Part shown: one piece after another, positions 38,362 to 51,909 of the stretch | Layout: each line of letters starts with the position of its first letter | Numbering within the stretch: the stretch's first letter is position 1 | Assembly: GCA_951406725.2 (NCBI GenBank) | Contig: OX597814.1 | Coordinates: 107,012,001 to 107,076,000 of the forward strand | Length of the DNA stretch: 64,000 nt | Origin: Octopus vulgaris | Taxonomy: Eukaryota | Direction of reading: 5' to 3' | Program-made: the position numbers and the translations under genes | Notes under the pieces: generated by a model | Told to the model about the DNA's origin: nothing | The model's database searches: none | What the model saw: only the letters and a program-made list of their open reading frames with translations

Positions 38362-40703
38362 CTGTAAACAATACAAAGAAAATTAATCAACCGATCGTTA
38401 GTTGTCTAATTTGTTGTTATTGAAGAGTTTCAAAAGCAAAAATGAATGGAATTCAAAGGAGTGAGGTCATATCAAGGAAATGGTATCATTATCCTCATTT
38501 TAACCATTCCATGCTTGCATAAATTGGTTGGAATATATTCAGGGACAGATTTCCTACAGTTGGATGCTCTTTCTGTCACCAACCCTCACCTGTTTCCAAG
38601 TGAGGTGATCTTTCCCCATAACCAGACTCGTTTCCATAGAATATTGGAAATGAACGACACTGCTTATATGACAGTGATACTCTTTTACAGCCATCACACA
38701 ATGTCAAGACAACAGGGCACAAACATATACACATGACCACTTGATGTAGAAGAAATAATAGCAAAATCTTTCTAAAAGCACATCAAACCATCTTAGAAAT
38801 AGGATTATCCTCCTCTTCCTGATCATCATTTAATGTTTGTATTCATAAAAAGCACCGGGGTTGATGCCACATAAAAAGCAATGGTGCTGGTGCCATGTAA
38901 AAAGCACCCAGTACACTCTGTAGAAATGGTTGGCATTAGGAAGGGCCTCTAGCTACAGAAATCATGAAAAAATACACACTGGAACCTGTTGTGGCTCCTG
39001 GCCTTACCAGCTCCTGTCAAACTGTTCAACCCATACCAGGATGGAAAAGAAGCGTTAAATGATGATGATGGATGATTTGGACAGTTTGATAAGAGCCGAC
39101 CAGGCATAAGCCTGCACCAGACTTCTGTGACTGTTTTGGCAGGATTTTTACAGCTGGATACCCTTCCAAATGCCAACCACTTCACAGTGTGGACTGGGTG
39201 CTTTTAAGTGGCACCTGCACTAACAGGGTCACCAGGTAACTTGCAAGACAAAAAAATGTTTTGAGAGGGGAGGGGGCATTGGAGGAGGAGATCTTCTGTC
39301 AGATGATAAAAGGTTAGAGAGACAAAGAGAGACAGAAACAGGTGTGATGCTGTAGAGGAGGTACAATATTACCTGGCCAGAGAGTGAGAGATATCAGGAA
39401 TGAGGATAGAAACAGGTGTATTGCTGCAAAGGAGATACATGGTTACCCAACCTGAGGGAAGAGCAGGAAAAGGAGAGAAAGAGTGGGGGACATCAGGATA
39501 GAGATGATGGCTATGTGCCAGGCACACTCACAAGGAATGGGGATCAGAATATAAATGGAATGGTTGAGTAAGTGCCAGAGAATGGTGGCAAGTGCCAGAG
39601 CATACCTTTGAAGTTTGAAATGCCATAATATAAGTGGCAGAATATTGTGAAAGAAGCATGATTAAAGAGTAGGGAGGGAAAGTGATTGGTGAAAACCTGA
39701 GTATATATATAGAGTGGGGAGGGGCTACCAGATAGCCATGATACTGAGAAACAGGGCTGTGAGGACAGGATTGGGGAGTGAGAAGTGGGCGTAGGGTATG
39801 AAGGAGAAAATGTGAGGAAGAGATGTAGAGTGGGTGAAAAGTTTTCTTGCTACATGTGGGTGGAACACACATGTCGGGGGTTAGTGGATGGCAATGATAC
39901 AGTGAGACAGGACCAGAGGACAGGATTGGGGAAGTGGAAATGTGAGGAAGTGAAGAGATGTAGATTGGTTTGTTGGGGTAGAGTGTATGAGAAGTTTTCT
40001 TGTTAAATGTGGGTGGGACACACAGTGCTTCTAGAACTCAGTTTTGCTGATGTGGGCGGGTCTTCTCCAGAACCTCATATTGTTAGACATCTCAGTCCAT
40101 TGTCATTTCCTCCATGAGGCTCAACATCTTGAGATCGGTCTTTACCACTTCATCCCATGTCTTCCTAGGTCTCCTTCTTTCACAGGTACCATCCACTTTC
40201 AGAGATCAGCACTTCTTTATGCAGCTGTCCTCATTCATACATCTCCCATGTCCAAACCAACTTAGTCTTCTCCTTTGCATCCTACATTTGATTCCTCTTA
40301 TGCCCAACTTTTCTCTCAATACATTTGCACTTTATCATACATGCACACTGATGTTGCACATCCAATGGAGCACACTACCTTCATTTCTCTCCATTCCACA
40401 CACATCTTCTGCATTCAGAGCCCATGTCTCACTAGCATGGAGTATACCTGTTTGCATGCAAACATCATACAGCCTAACTTTCACTCTTTGCTGAACAAAA
40501 TACCTATCACCTTTCATTTGTCTTTATATCTTGAGTTCAATTTCCGGTGAGGTCAACTTTGCCTTTCATCCTTTCGGGGTCGATAAAATAAATACCAGTT
40601 ATATACTGAGGTTAATGTAATCACCTTATCCCCTATCCCTCCAAATTTCAGGCCTTGTGCCTATAGTGGAAAGGAACATTTCAAAACAGTTGTAAACACA
40701 AAC

Positions 40704-40797
40704 CTTTCCATGATTGTCTTCCCAATTGGTGTGGATCCGGTGAAACCCAGTTTGCGAACGTCTACGTGGTCTGAAAGAGCCTGGCCGACTACGGAAC
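40704..40797 (-). CDS. ALDH1L1: ALDH1L exon 9 ([31 protein letters not shown])
   Basis: cAG/GTttgt, 94 nt; FTGST NAD(P)-binding motif. Confidence 0.95.
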
Positions 40798-42080
40798 CTG
40801 TAAAATAAGACAAGACATATTTAGATTCTTTTTCTATTTGTTGCTATGAGAGTTTAAACACTTTTGTTGCTACATTCCTGCTGAAATACGAAGCCTTTCA
40901 TCACCATCATCATCATCGTCACCATTTAGACCACTTTCTGCAGCAAGTTCAAAACAAATCTATTGATATTTTTTTTTATATCTCTCACGCCATTTTGGCC
41001 ACCCCATTATCATCCCACTTTTCTTCAACACACCCCGCCCTGAATCTTTGCACTGCCCCCAGGGAGGCAATACCACCCACTTTGGGAACCACTGATTTAA
41101 CAAGATCTGATGGGCCTAAGGACAGGATTGTGCTACAGTGTCTGTTGTGGCAGGGTTTCTATGGCTGGATGCCCTTCCTATCATCAACCCCTTCACAACA
41201 TGGACTAGGGGCTTTTTTCATAGCACCAGCACAAGTGAGATTACCATACAACTTATAAGACTACTAACCCCAAGAAAAGCAGATTTATGCACGGACACTG
41301 GTTCACAGCTGGGGTCCAATATGACCCTTGGAGGAGGTCCATACAAGATTTAGTAATCAAAATTTATTAGGCACAGGAGTGACTGTGTGGTAAGTAGCTT
41401 GCGTCCTAACCACATGGTTCTGGGTTCAGTCCCACGGCATGGTACCTTGGCCAAGTGCCTTCTATTTTAGCTTCAGGCTGACCAAAATCTTGTGAGTGGA
41501 TTTGGCAGATGGAAACTGATAGACATATATGTATGTATATATGTGTCTGTGTTTATGCCTTCACCATTGCTTGATAACTAACGTTAGTGTGGTTACGTCC
41601 CCATAACTTAGCGGCTCAGCAAAAGAAACCGATAGAATAAGTATTAGGCTTACAAAGAACAAGTCCTGGGGGCAATTAATTTGACTAAAAGGTGGTGCTC
41701 CAGCATGGCCACAGCCAAATGAGTGACAAAAGTAAGTGAGTAATAAAATACTTATACTTCCAAAATACACAAAATATTCCAAATTTTCTTTATACGATCC
41801 CTAATAATATTTAATTATAAAAAATATAAAGGGTTTTTTTAAATACAGGGATCCAGTAGAGTATAATATGAATAAAAAGGGGTCCATCAGCAAAAAATGA
41901 CCAAGGATCAGTGTTCTAGGGGATAAAGAGTTGTAGTATGAGAAAAGGGGCCAGAGTAGAATAGGTTTCTTGCTGTAGAGGGGCCAATGGTTACTAAACA
42001 TTTTGGAAGAGTGGTGAGGAATGGGGTGGAGTGAGGTGGAGAGATAAAATTGGAAATTACATATGCAAATTATATCTCAC

Positions 42081-42168
42081 CTGACCCAGGCAGGATGTTG
42101 ATGACTCCAGGTGGAAATCCAGCCTCAACTGTTAACTCAGCAAACTTCAAGGCAGTGAGTGGTGTTAC
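42081..42168 (-). CDS. ALDH1L1: ALDH1L exon 8 ([30 protein letters not shown])
   Basis: tAG/GTgaga, 88 nt, phase 0/1. Confidence 0.95.
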
Positions 42169-44256
42169 CTAGGCAACAAATATAAAAATAAATACATATG
42201 TTTTTGCGTGAATATAAGTGTGGTAATTCTGGTTCCTCCTCACTTGTAGCACAAAACAAAAATCTCTACAGGTCACTCAACCAGCTAAAAATAACAGCCT
42301 TTTCTTCTTCAACTCACATCTTACTATTTTACAAAAAAAAGGGGGATAAAGAAATATGTAGTCCAAGATATACTGTGCCTGAGGGAGGATTGTATAGTCA
42401 TAGCTAAAACACCTTTGATCACAGATCTGCTTGATTAGGGCTGAAAGGGGCCACACAACAAATAGTTTCTACAAAGGTGTAGTAACACACACACATATAT
42501 ACACACTCACACATATACATGTGTGTGCATGTACACATATACACACACACAAATATATGTATGTATATTTTCATTCAAAATGGAGATGAGTATCAATATT
42601 TCCATGTGGTACACTTGAACAATTGTGAGGATCTTTTTGCATGAAACCATTGGTTGCCATGTTAATCTGCAAATAATATATATATATATATATATATATC
42701 TTGCTGAGCTTGAGATCTTATGCCAAGCCAAGTAAAAGCGTGGTTGCCTTTGCATACAGGTTTGTCCCCTGCATCTCTCTCCAGCTGAGCATTCCTAATT
42801 TTGTGTGGTTGTGGGTGGGTGCTGATGCCTGATAAAAAGCACCCGTACTGGTGCCATGTAAACGCACCTGTGCTAGGGCTATGTTTAAAGCACCCAGAAC
42901 GTTCTGTAAAGTGGTTGGCGTTAGGAAGAGCATCCAGCCATGGAAACCATGCCAAAGCAGACCAATGGAGCCGGGGCAGGTCTACAGCCGACCAACTCCT
43001 CTCAGACTATTCCATCCATGCCAGCATGGAAAATAGATGATAATGATTGCTTTTATATGGAACTTGGTGGAGGGGCAGGTAACTGGTGTGATGACAAGGC
43101 TGTTACCACTGCAGTGATGCTGGGGCCTGTTATCATAACGGTGACGACACAATTGTAAGTGAAATCTAGCTTTTCTACATTCAGATCATCATCACTGTTT
43201 AACGTCCGCTTTCCATGCTAGCATGGGTTTGACGGTTTGACTGAGGACTGGCGAACCAGATGGCTGCACCAGGCTCCAGTCTTGATCTGGCAGAGTTTCT
43301 ACAGCTGGATGCCCTTCCTAACACCAACCACTCTGAGAGTGTAGTAGGTGCTTTTACGTGCCACCAGCAGATGTAATTACTAAATCAGTCTTAGATGTTA
43401 GACTTAACTCATCACTTTGGGGATCTTTAGTGACAGAGTCCACTTGGTTACAAGCACTTGGGCCAGGTCCCCGCTTCAGGAGACCTTCCCTCCCCCCCCC
43501 CCCAATCTCAGACTTTCTGTACCATGTTAGTGGGTTGGGCATCCAGCCATAGAAACCCTGCCATAACAGACACTGGAGCACAATCCTGTCCTTAGGCCCA
43601 TCAGATCCTGTTAAGCCAGTGATCCCCAAAGTGGGTGGTATTGCCTCCCTGGAGGCAGTGGAAAGATTCAGTGCAGGATGCATTGAAGTAAAGTGGGATG
43701 ATAATGGGGTGGCCAAAATGGCATGAGAGATATAAAAAAAAATATCAATAGATTAATTAGGTTTAAGTTTTATTTGTAAAATAAATTTGTTTTGAATTTG
43801 CTGCAGAAAGGTGGTCAATATTTGTGGTGGGGAGGATGAAGGAGGTGCTAGGAATATGGCCTGGGTGCCATGGGAAGGGGGGGGGCTTGGGCTGCAGTCC
43901 TTTCTGACTTCAAAAAATAGAGAAAGAAAAAAAAAGGTATATATATATTATGTAAGGTATATTTTAATTAGTTATGATACGTGAAGCATTCGTTCATTTA
44001 AAATGTAATTGAAAGGAAAAAACAGAAGCAGCCAATTCATTTCTTACTCTCTTTACTTGTTTCAGTCATTTGACTGCAGCCATGCTAGAGCACTGCCTTT
44101 AGTCGAGCAAATCGACCCCAGGACTTATTTTTTGTAAGCCTGGTACTTATTCTATCGGTCTCTTTTGCCGAACTACTAAGTTACGGGAACGTTTACACAC
44201 CAGTATCGGTTGTCAAGTGATGGTGGGAGGACAAACACAGACACACAAACACATAT

Positions 44257-44307
<51 letters not shown>

Positions 44308-44462
44308 AGTAGCTAGCTTGAGGCGATGGCTTCATGGAGCTAATCAGCGACAGCTTTATTCTTATTTTTAAGAATGCCATATTAGTATGGCGATAACTAT
44401 TAATTTCCAGAAACGCTGTCGTAATCTCTTTTAAAGAGACTTAGTAATTTTAATATTTCTAT

Positions 44463-44502
<40 letters not shown>

Positions 44503-44658
44503 TACGACGGGCTTCTTTCAGTTTCCATCTACCAAATCCACTCACAAGGCTTTGGTCGGCCCAAAGCTATAGTAGAAGACACTTGCCCAAAGTGCCACGC
44601 AGTGGGACTGAACCTGGAACCATGAGGTTGGTAAGCAAGCTACTTACCACACAACCAC

Positions 44659-45767
44659 ACAACTTATGGTGAAACTCTCTGCAATGGGTGTGAGGGATGA
44701 CCTTTTTAACTGGTTGAAATCCTTCATTCTCAGCCGAAAGGAGGTAGTCACAGTTCTAGGACAGCATTCTACACCATATGAGATGTCATCGGGTGTACCA
44801 CAGGGATCTGTCCTTGGTCCCCTCTTGTTTGTGGCATACATTAATGACATAGATGCCAATTTAAAGAAATGCCACAGTATTGAAATATGCAGACAACATC
44901 AAGCTGTACCTTGAAATCAAGAGGACAGATCCTGATGTCTACAACTCTTTCCTGCAATCAGACCTAGACACAAAGCAGCAATGGATCACAGACTGGCAAC
45001 TGAAACTGGCTGTGGACAAGTGTACCACCATGCATTTTGGGAGAAAAAACCCTGCGTCCACATACTCCCTCCACAACACTGATATCAAGAAATCCTCCTG
45101 CGAGCGTGACCTAGGCATCACTGTCAGCAGTGATTTGCGTTGGACAAAGCATATCTCTAAAATTGTCACGAAGGCTGAGGGTGTCTTGGCATCACTCAGC
45201 AAGACTTTTGTTAGCCGCTCTCCAGCCATCTATTTAAAACTGTATACAGCTATGGTACGACCACACTTGGAATTCATATCATCAGTTTGGAACCCCTATC
45301 TTGCTCAGAACATTGACCTCCTGGAATCTGTCCAGAGACGTGCAACCAAACGCACACCCTCCATCAGACACTTACCAAATTCTGAGCGCTTTGTTTCCCT
45401 GGGCATGGATTCACTGAAGCTCCGGCGTCTGGCGACGGACTTGGTAAACACCCACAAAGTTATCAACCACCTCACCAACAACAACACTGAACACCTTTTT
45501 GATCTCCATGTGTCTAACACACGTGGACATGCCTACAAAGTCAGAAAACAACACAGCTCCCATGACTTTCGGAAACATTTTTTCACGCTCAGAGTTGCTG
45601 AAGCATGGAATAAACTGCCTGCATCAGTTGTTGACTGCCATGACACTGCATCCTTTAAGGCCCTCATGCTTTCCGAAATCCGCCGAAACTACACCTGATT
45701 ATATATACACTTTAGATGAGTTGTAGTGCACCTGAGCACTGTACACAATTATTATTATTATTATTAT
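44659..45767 (+). mobile_element. 5'-truncated CR1/L2-group LINE (RT C-terminal part) inserted into a SINE
   Basis: GVPQGSVLGPLLF, YADNIKL, RPHLEF..WNPY and HFFTLRV...WNKLP motifs; 3' hairpin + (ATT)n tail; AACCAC duplicated at 44653-44658 and 45768-45773. Confidence 0.9.
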
Positions 45768-46500
45768 AACCACTCCTGCGCCTGCTTAAATAAATGAAAT
45801 ATTATTAGGTCATTGAATAGTGTTGTCTTTTCCTCACCACATAATCATATCTATTTAGATTTTTCTCTGAGTAATGGACCTCAGCAATTTATTTTCTCGT
45901 TTGGTATTTTTTTTAAAAATTAAACGATGGAGATAATGATGAGATACACACACACATGCATATATGTGTGTGTGTGTATATATATATATTTATATACATA
46001 CACACACACCCCTACAAGTAAAGGCTTCTTTTAGTTACCATCTGTCAAATCTACTCATAGGGTTTTAGTTGGCCCAGGACTGTAGTAGAAGAGTAACATC
46101 CAAGGTGCCACCAATTGGAAGGAGCCCACAGGCACATGTGACAACAAAAGGTGAATATTTTAACCATACAGCTATGTCTGCACTTGTCCAGGTGTGTGTG
46201 CACGCGCACCCTTGTCTAGATATCATGTGAGGGTTGTAAATGAGCATCACTGTCATACAAGAGGTGTTGTTCATTTCTGGTCTTCCAAGAAAAATATGTC
46301 TGACCTTGGAGAAATATTAGTTTGCTTGAAAACAAGTGAAGATTGGTGACAGGAAGAGCATCCAGCTGTAGAAAATCTGCTGCAAAAAATTTTGTCTGAC
46401 CCATACAAGAATGGAAAAGTAAACATTAAATGATGATGATGATGATGATTATCATTATTATTATTATTATTATTATTATTAAATAAATGAATCTCCTCAC

Positions 46501-46606
46501 CTGAGCTGGTTTAAGTATGACTGTGTTTCCAGCAGCTAGACAAGCAGCCATCTTCCATGCCAACATCATAAGGGGGTAGTTCCAGGGTACAACGATTCCA
46601 CAAACC
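46501..46606 (-). CDS. ALDH1L1: ALDH1L exon 7 ([35 protein letters not shown])
   Basis: aAG/GTgagg, 106 nt; PWNYP and GNT..LKP ALDH motifs. Confidence 0.95.
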
Positions 46607-47506
46607 CTTTTAGGGAGAGAAAGTAAAAGAAAGAAAGAAAGAGCTTTTATGTATTCAAATAGTGAAATAAATTTTAATTTTAGAAAAACATTTTAGGTAA
46701 CAACCAAAAAAAAAGAAAAATTTCATCAGTGAGGAGAAAGGTGAAGAGAGGCAAAGAATGGGAAAGGTGAGATAATGAGAAAGAGGAGTGGAAATGATAA
46801 ATAGAATGCGGACACCTCAATAGAAGTGTTAAGGGATTTAGAAAGGTGTTGTGGGGAGAAGTGCACTCGGTTGAAAATGAAAAAAAAGTACCAACCAACT
46901 GTTTGTACAGCTTTCTCTCCCTATCAAGCTGTCACATCTTCAACGGTTTTCTGGTTCAAAGGAGGAGGGTTGTGGGGTGGGAATGGGGTGACTATGGAAG
47001 TACCATAACCCTTTAGCATTTAAACCGGTCAAATCCGGCCCAGATATGCCCCTCCTGTTTTAAGTTCAAACTGGCCAGGCTTAACCTCTCATACATACCC
47101 TACAATGTCATCCTAAAAATAGACAATAGCATCATCGAAATCTCAAAGCTATGAGATAATACAGGGTTAATTCAAAACAATACGAACGAATAAGCTTTAC
47201 ATTTGGCAGAGGAATTTGAACGCTAAAGGGTTTTAACAATATGCTAAAGAATGGTATACACTAGCAAGTCATATTCATTTGCAATGACATCTGTATGCAT
47301 TTTATGGGTGTGCGTGTGTGCACATGCACATCGTGTGTCTGTACACAACTTGGTCCTGTGTCCAATTTATCCCTATCAAGCCTTTCCCACTATCTCATCT
47401 TCCTACTATTTATCCCTTCATCACTCTTCTAACTACTGCATTATTTTGATGCTGTAATTAAATGAGAGCAGGACTACATATTTCATCTCCTTTCTATGCC
47501 ACCAGT

Positions 47507-47800
47507 TACCTCTCCCTCTCCTTGGAACCACTTCCATCTGACATCTGTCCCACATTCTCAATATCATCCCTCCCCACTCTTGTTTCACATTGATCACCCT
47601 TTCTTGTACCCCCAGATACCTTTCCCTCTCCTTGGAACCACTTCCATCTGACATCCATCCCACATTCTCAATATCATCCGTCCCACACTTGTTTCGCATT
47701 GATCACCCTTTCCTGTAACCCTAGATACCTCTCCCTCTCCTTGGAACCACTTCCATCTGACATCCATCCCACATTCTCAATATCATCTCTCCCCACTCTT
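47507..47800. repeat. About 110-bp tandem repeat, about 2.7 copies
   Basis: CTTGGAACCAC at 47521, 47631 and 47740. Confidence 0.85.
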
Positions 47801-47952
47801 GATAGGCCTTAATCCAGGAGATTCCTTAATCCTTAATCCAGGAGAAAGCTAAAGAAAGGTTTAGTCTTGACCTGACAATTTTAGACATGACTTGACCTCT
47901 TTAGATGTGACCTGGTCTCTTTAGATTAGTAATTAACACAAGAATTACTTAC

Positions 47953-48023
47953 CCAATAGGTTCCCTTTTTGTGTAGGTGAGATTTTTATTTGGCCGTGCA
48001 TTGTTTATAGGAATGGTCTTGCC
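47953..48023 (-). CDS. ALDH1L1: ALDH1L exon 6 ([24 protein letters not shown])
   Basis: cAG/GTaagt, 71 nt, phase 0/2. Confidence 0.94.
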
Positions 48024-49396
48024 CTGAAACAGAGATACAAATGTTTCCAATAGAATTTAATGGAAATTCCAGTCAGTTATTCTGTTATTCCAGGAATAAT
48101 GTTTATTGTATGCTTTCATATACAGAACAGCAATTATTCAATATCAATTCATTTTTAAGATTAATTTTATTGGCTTAAAGAGAAAAGAGATGGAAGTTGT
48201 GACATTCATGGTCCTCCCATGGACATTATTAAGATATATGAAACAACAATAATTCCTAATTTATTTTGTGGAGAGGTGGAGGTAGGTTTAGTTGTAGGCA
48301 AAGACACACAACCGATACCCCTCGCATCTTCCTTAGTTTATTTGATTTTCAATAGGTACCATGGGGTGGTAAAGAATTTACCACAAAAAGGAACTGGAAT
48401 AATGAGTGAGTGTATGGCTGAATCCATCCCCAGTTACCATTTTGACTTCTAGATGGTTCAGCTTCAAGAGGCTGGCATATTCTAAATATTCTACTATAAG
48501 ACAAAGTCTTTAACAATGCTTCTCTTTTGAACCAAATGGCACACACCTCATATTCAGAAATGATTCTTTGCAATCCCTCAACCAGCTAGAAATAACAGTC
48601 AAATCTCCTTTAAATCACACTCTCTCCCTTATTCATTCTAAAATAGAAAAGGGAGCCTGTAAGTCTAAGAGATTAATGACAATCTTACTTAGAACTAGAA
48701 AATAATGATTGAGGATTGACAAGACGATGCTTAAATACATGAATATTAAAGCATTATAAAAGTAAACTTGGTAGCCTCACTAGTACTGGTGCCATGAGAA
48801 AAGTGCCCAGTATACTTTGTAAATTGGTTGGCATTCGAGAGGGCACCCAACTGTTGATGTCCTGCCAAAGCAGACACTGGGGCCCAATTCAGTCTTTTGG
48901 CTTGTTGGATCCTGTCAAATTGTCCATCTTGTGCCAACATGGAAGATGGGCATTAAATGATGGTGATGGTAATGATGATAATAATCATCATTATCATCAT
49001 TTAATGTCCACTTTCCATGCTAGCATGGGTTGGAAGATTTGACTGAGGTCTGGCAAACCAGATGGCTGTACCAGGCTCCAATCTGATCTGGCAGAGTTTC
49101 TACAGCTGGATGCCCTTCCTAATGCCAACCACTCCGAGAGTGTAGTGGGTGCTTTTACGTGCCACCGGCATGAGGGCCAGTCAGGCGGTACTGGCAATGG
49201 TCACGCTCAAATGGTGTTTTTTACGTGCCACCTGCACAGAAGCCAGTCTAGTGGCACTGGCAATGACCTCACTCGAAGGATATATCTAATAAAAAAAAAG
49301 ATGGAATGGACCTGTCTTGGATCATAGGTTTCCTTAAAGAGGACTGACCTGGGGTTAAACAACAATAACAGAAATTTTTAAAAGTGTGTTACCCAC

Positions 49397-49547
49397 CTGG
49401 ATCTTGTCACACCAACCAGCAAAATACCTGAAGGTATCTATAGACATACCAATGTGGGTCTTTAGCGCAAGGGTGTAGACTGCTCCAGCATCAATACTCT
49501 CGATTGTAGCAAGTTCTTCACGATGTTTATCCATCAGATCAGCCAAC
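49397..49547 (-). CDS. ALDH1L1: ALDH1L exon 5 ([50 protein letters not shown])
   Basis: cAG/GTgggt, 151 nt; [11 protein letters not shown] and [11 protein letters not shown] are ALDH1L-diagnostic. Confidence 0.96.
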
Positions 49548-49661
49548 CTGAAAACACAGAAGACTGTGCAGTTCAGCTTCCATTTTCTAAACAGACACAC
49601 AGTCGAGTACATCTCCCTCGTCTAAGATGGTGCTGTTGTTACACATACAGACCTCCTAGAG

Positions 49662-49950
49662 CAGTGCTACTCAAAGTGATGGTCCATGGACCAGTGCCGG
49701 TCCAAAAGCCATCAGCTGCAAGTATGCAGCGAGTTTCCAGAAAAGAAAGAAACATTATAAAATGTTTGTAATATTGTATTATTTGTTTACAAAATAAGTA
49801 TAAGATAAAAGAAAATTGTCAGCTTTTATTATAACTGTTATATATGTTGTTTCTAGTATAAATTAATATTACTTAGAAATATTACCGGTCCCTGGCACAT
49901 TGGGGGAAAAAACTGCTGGTACACCAGATCAGATAGTTTGAGAAGCACTG
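49662..49950. mobile_element. hAT (Charlie-like) MITE
   Basis: CAGTGCTACTCAAA/TTTGAGAAGCACTG TIRs; 8-bp TSD TCCTAGAG/TTCTAGAG. Confidence 0.8.
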
Positions 49951-50659
49951 TTCTAGAGTATCTCATACAATGGTTACTCAGTGGATTGGCAAGAAGTCCC
50001 TTGCAAACATACTCCAACATTTTCTCCAAAGGCATACTGTGTCCTCTCTCTCTCTCAGGTCAACTTTGCCTTTCATCCTTTTGGGGTTGATAAATTAAGT
50101 ACTAGTGAAACACTGGGGTCAATGTAATCAACTGGTCCCCTCACCCAAAATTTCGGGCTTTGTGCATTTGGTAGAAAGGATTATTTTTATTTGCTTTTTA
50201 CTTGCTGGGTCTGAAGAAAGGGACAGGGTCCATGGTCTTTGTAGACCCTCCTTCAATGGTGGGACTGATGCCATTAATTTACCTCTCAAGTCAACACTGG
50301 TGGGAAAGATATATATTAAGTATGTCTACAATAACTTATTAATATATTAAAATTTATTAAATATATTAAAATTTAACTACGGTTTATAATATTTCAAGTG
50401 TTAAATAGATCTTGGGGACATGAGAAAACTTCCTCTGTGTGTGTGCGTGTGTGTGTATGTGTGTGTTGATAGGCAGATAAGTTACTTCCCTTCTTTTTTT
50501 ATTTGTTAAGGAACTCACATATTTATGAACTTTCCTTTGTCACTCAGCTCTGCCAAGGAGACTTTTTTCTCTACTATTAATTCATATCTAGAGCCTACAG
50601 GGCCCTAGTAAAAGAAGGCAGGCCCTGTTTCTCTATCAAATTTTGCTGTCTTTTTTTGC

Positions 50660-50865
50660 TCTTTTACTTGTTTCAGTCATTTGACTGTAGCCATGCTGGA
50701 GCACCGCCTTTAGTCGAGCAGATCGACCCCAGGACTTATTCTTTGTAAGCCTAGTACTTATTCTATTGGTCTCTTTTGCTGAAACGCTAAGTTACAGCAA
50801 TGTAAACACACCAGCATCGGTTGTCAAGTGATGTTGGGGGGACAAACACAAACACACAAACATTT

Positions 50866-50918
<53 letters not shown>

Positions 50919-51085
50919 TACGACGGGCTTCTTTCAGTTTCCATCTACCAAATCCACTTACAAGGCTTTGGTCAGCCAGAGGCTATAGTAGAAGACACTT
51001 GCCCAAGGTGCCATGCAGTGGGACTGAACCCGGAACCATGCGGTTTGTAAGCAAGCTACTTACCACACAGCCACTCCTACGCCTA
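50660..51085 (-). mobile_element. tRNA-derived CORE-type SINE with internal (CA)/(TA) microsatellite (representative copy)
   Basis: A/B-box head TGGCTGTGTGGT...GGTTCAGTCCC and CORE-like ACCTTGGGCAAGTG; other copies at about 6876-7225(+), 21945-22490, 31105-31460, 32735-33690, 37048-37380, 41370-41740(+), 44050-44660, 53355-53900 and 59325-59490. Confidence 0.8.
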
Positions 51086-51688
51086 TTTACTTTGTTTGGC
51101 AAATATGTGTGTGTGTGTGCGTGCGTGGGTGTGTGCATATACCATTGCTTTTGTTTATATCATACAAATATCATAACTGCTTGTACTCCAGGGTATAACT
51201 TTTTGTTTTATCATATTTTTCCTGTTTGTAATTTTTTCTTCAAATCTATTCACACCCACACTGCCATCATCATTACTTTCATTTTACATCTGTTTTCCAT
51301 GCTGGCATGGGTTAGACGAGCCATCAAGTTAGAGTCAACACATTTTCAAGGGTAATGTTCACCTAAACAGGTCAGAGGATCACATCTTGTTCCTGTGCTT
51401 CATTTCTGACTTGGTTTCTACAGCTGGATGCCCTTTCTAACAACAGCCACTTTATGTTTGTGTTTTGGGTGTCTTTATGCGTCACCAGCACTACAGAGGA
51501 GTCATGTTTTAGGACAAAATTAGAGGGTCGTTACAAAGTGCATTGCAGGTGTTTTTTCAGGATACTAACACTACAGAGATAGCAAAAGCCTTGACACAAG
51601 GGACCTCATGACCCCAACATCTTGGCTCGTTCATCAGCCTTTCAAAAAACAGTGAAAGGCATGAAGGATAGTGATAAGAGATGTTATA

Positions 51689-51909
51689 TATGAGGAGTTG
51701 CCAAAAACTTGCTGGCTTTTGGTAAAAAAAAATACAAGAGGATCAGTTAATTATGATTTTATTCAATGTATTCCCCTCTCAGATTCACACACTTATTGCA
51801 GTGGTCCTTTGGCTTTTCTAAGCCCTGTAAAAGAACTTAGAAGGTTGGGCCTCCAGCCTGGCATTTCACGATACCCTTAAGGCCAGGAACTTTTCAGCAC
51901 CCCCTCATA
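51689..51909. mobile_element. Mariner-derived MITE
   Basis: TA-flanked degenerate TIRs TGAGGAGTTGCCAAAAACTTGCTGGCTT / AAGGCCAGGAACTTTTCAGCACCCCTCA. Confidence 0.6.
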
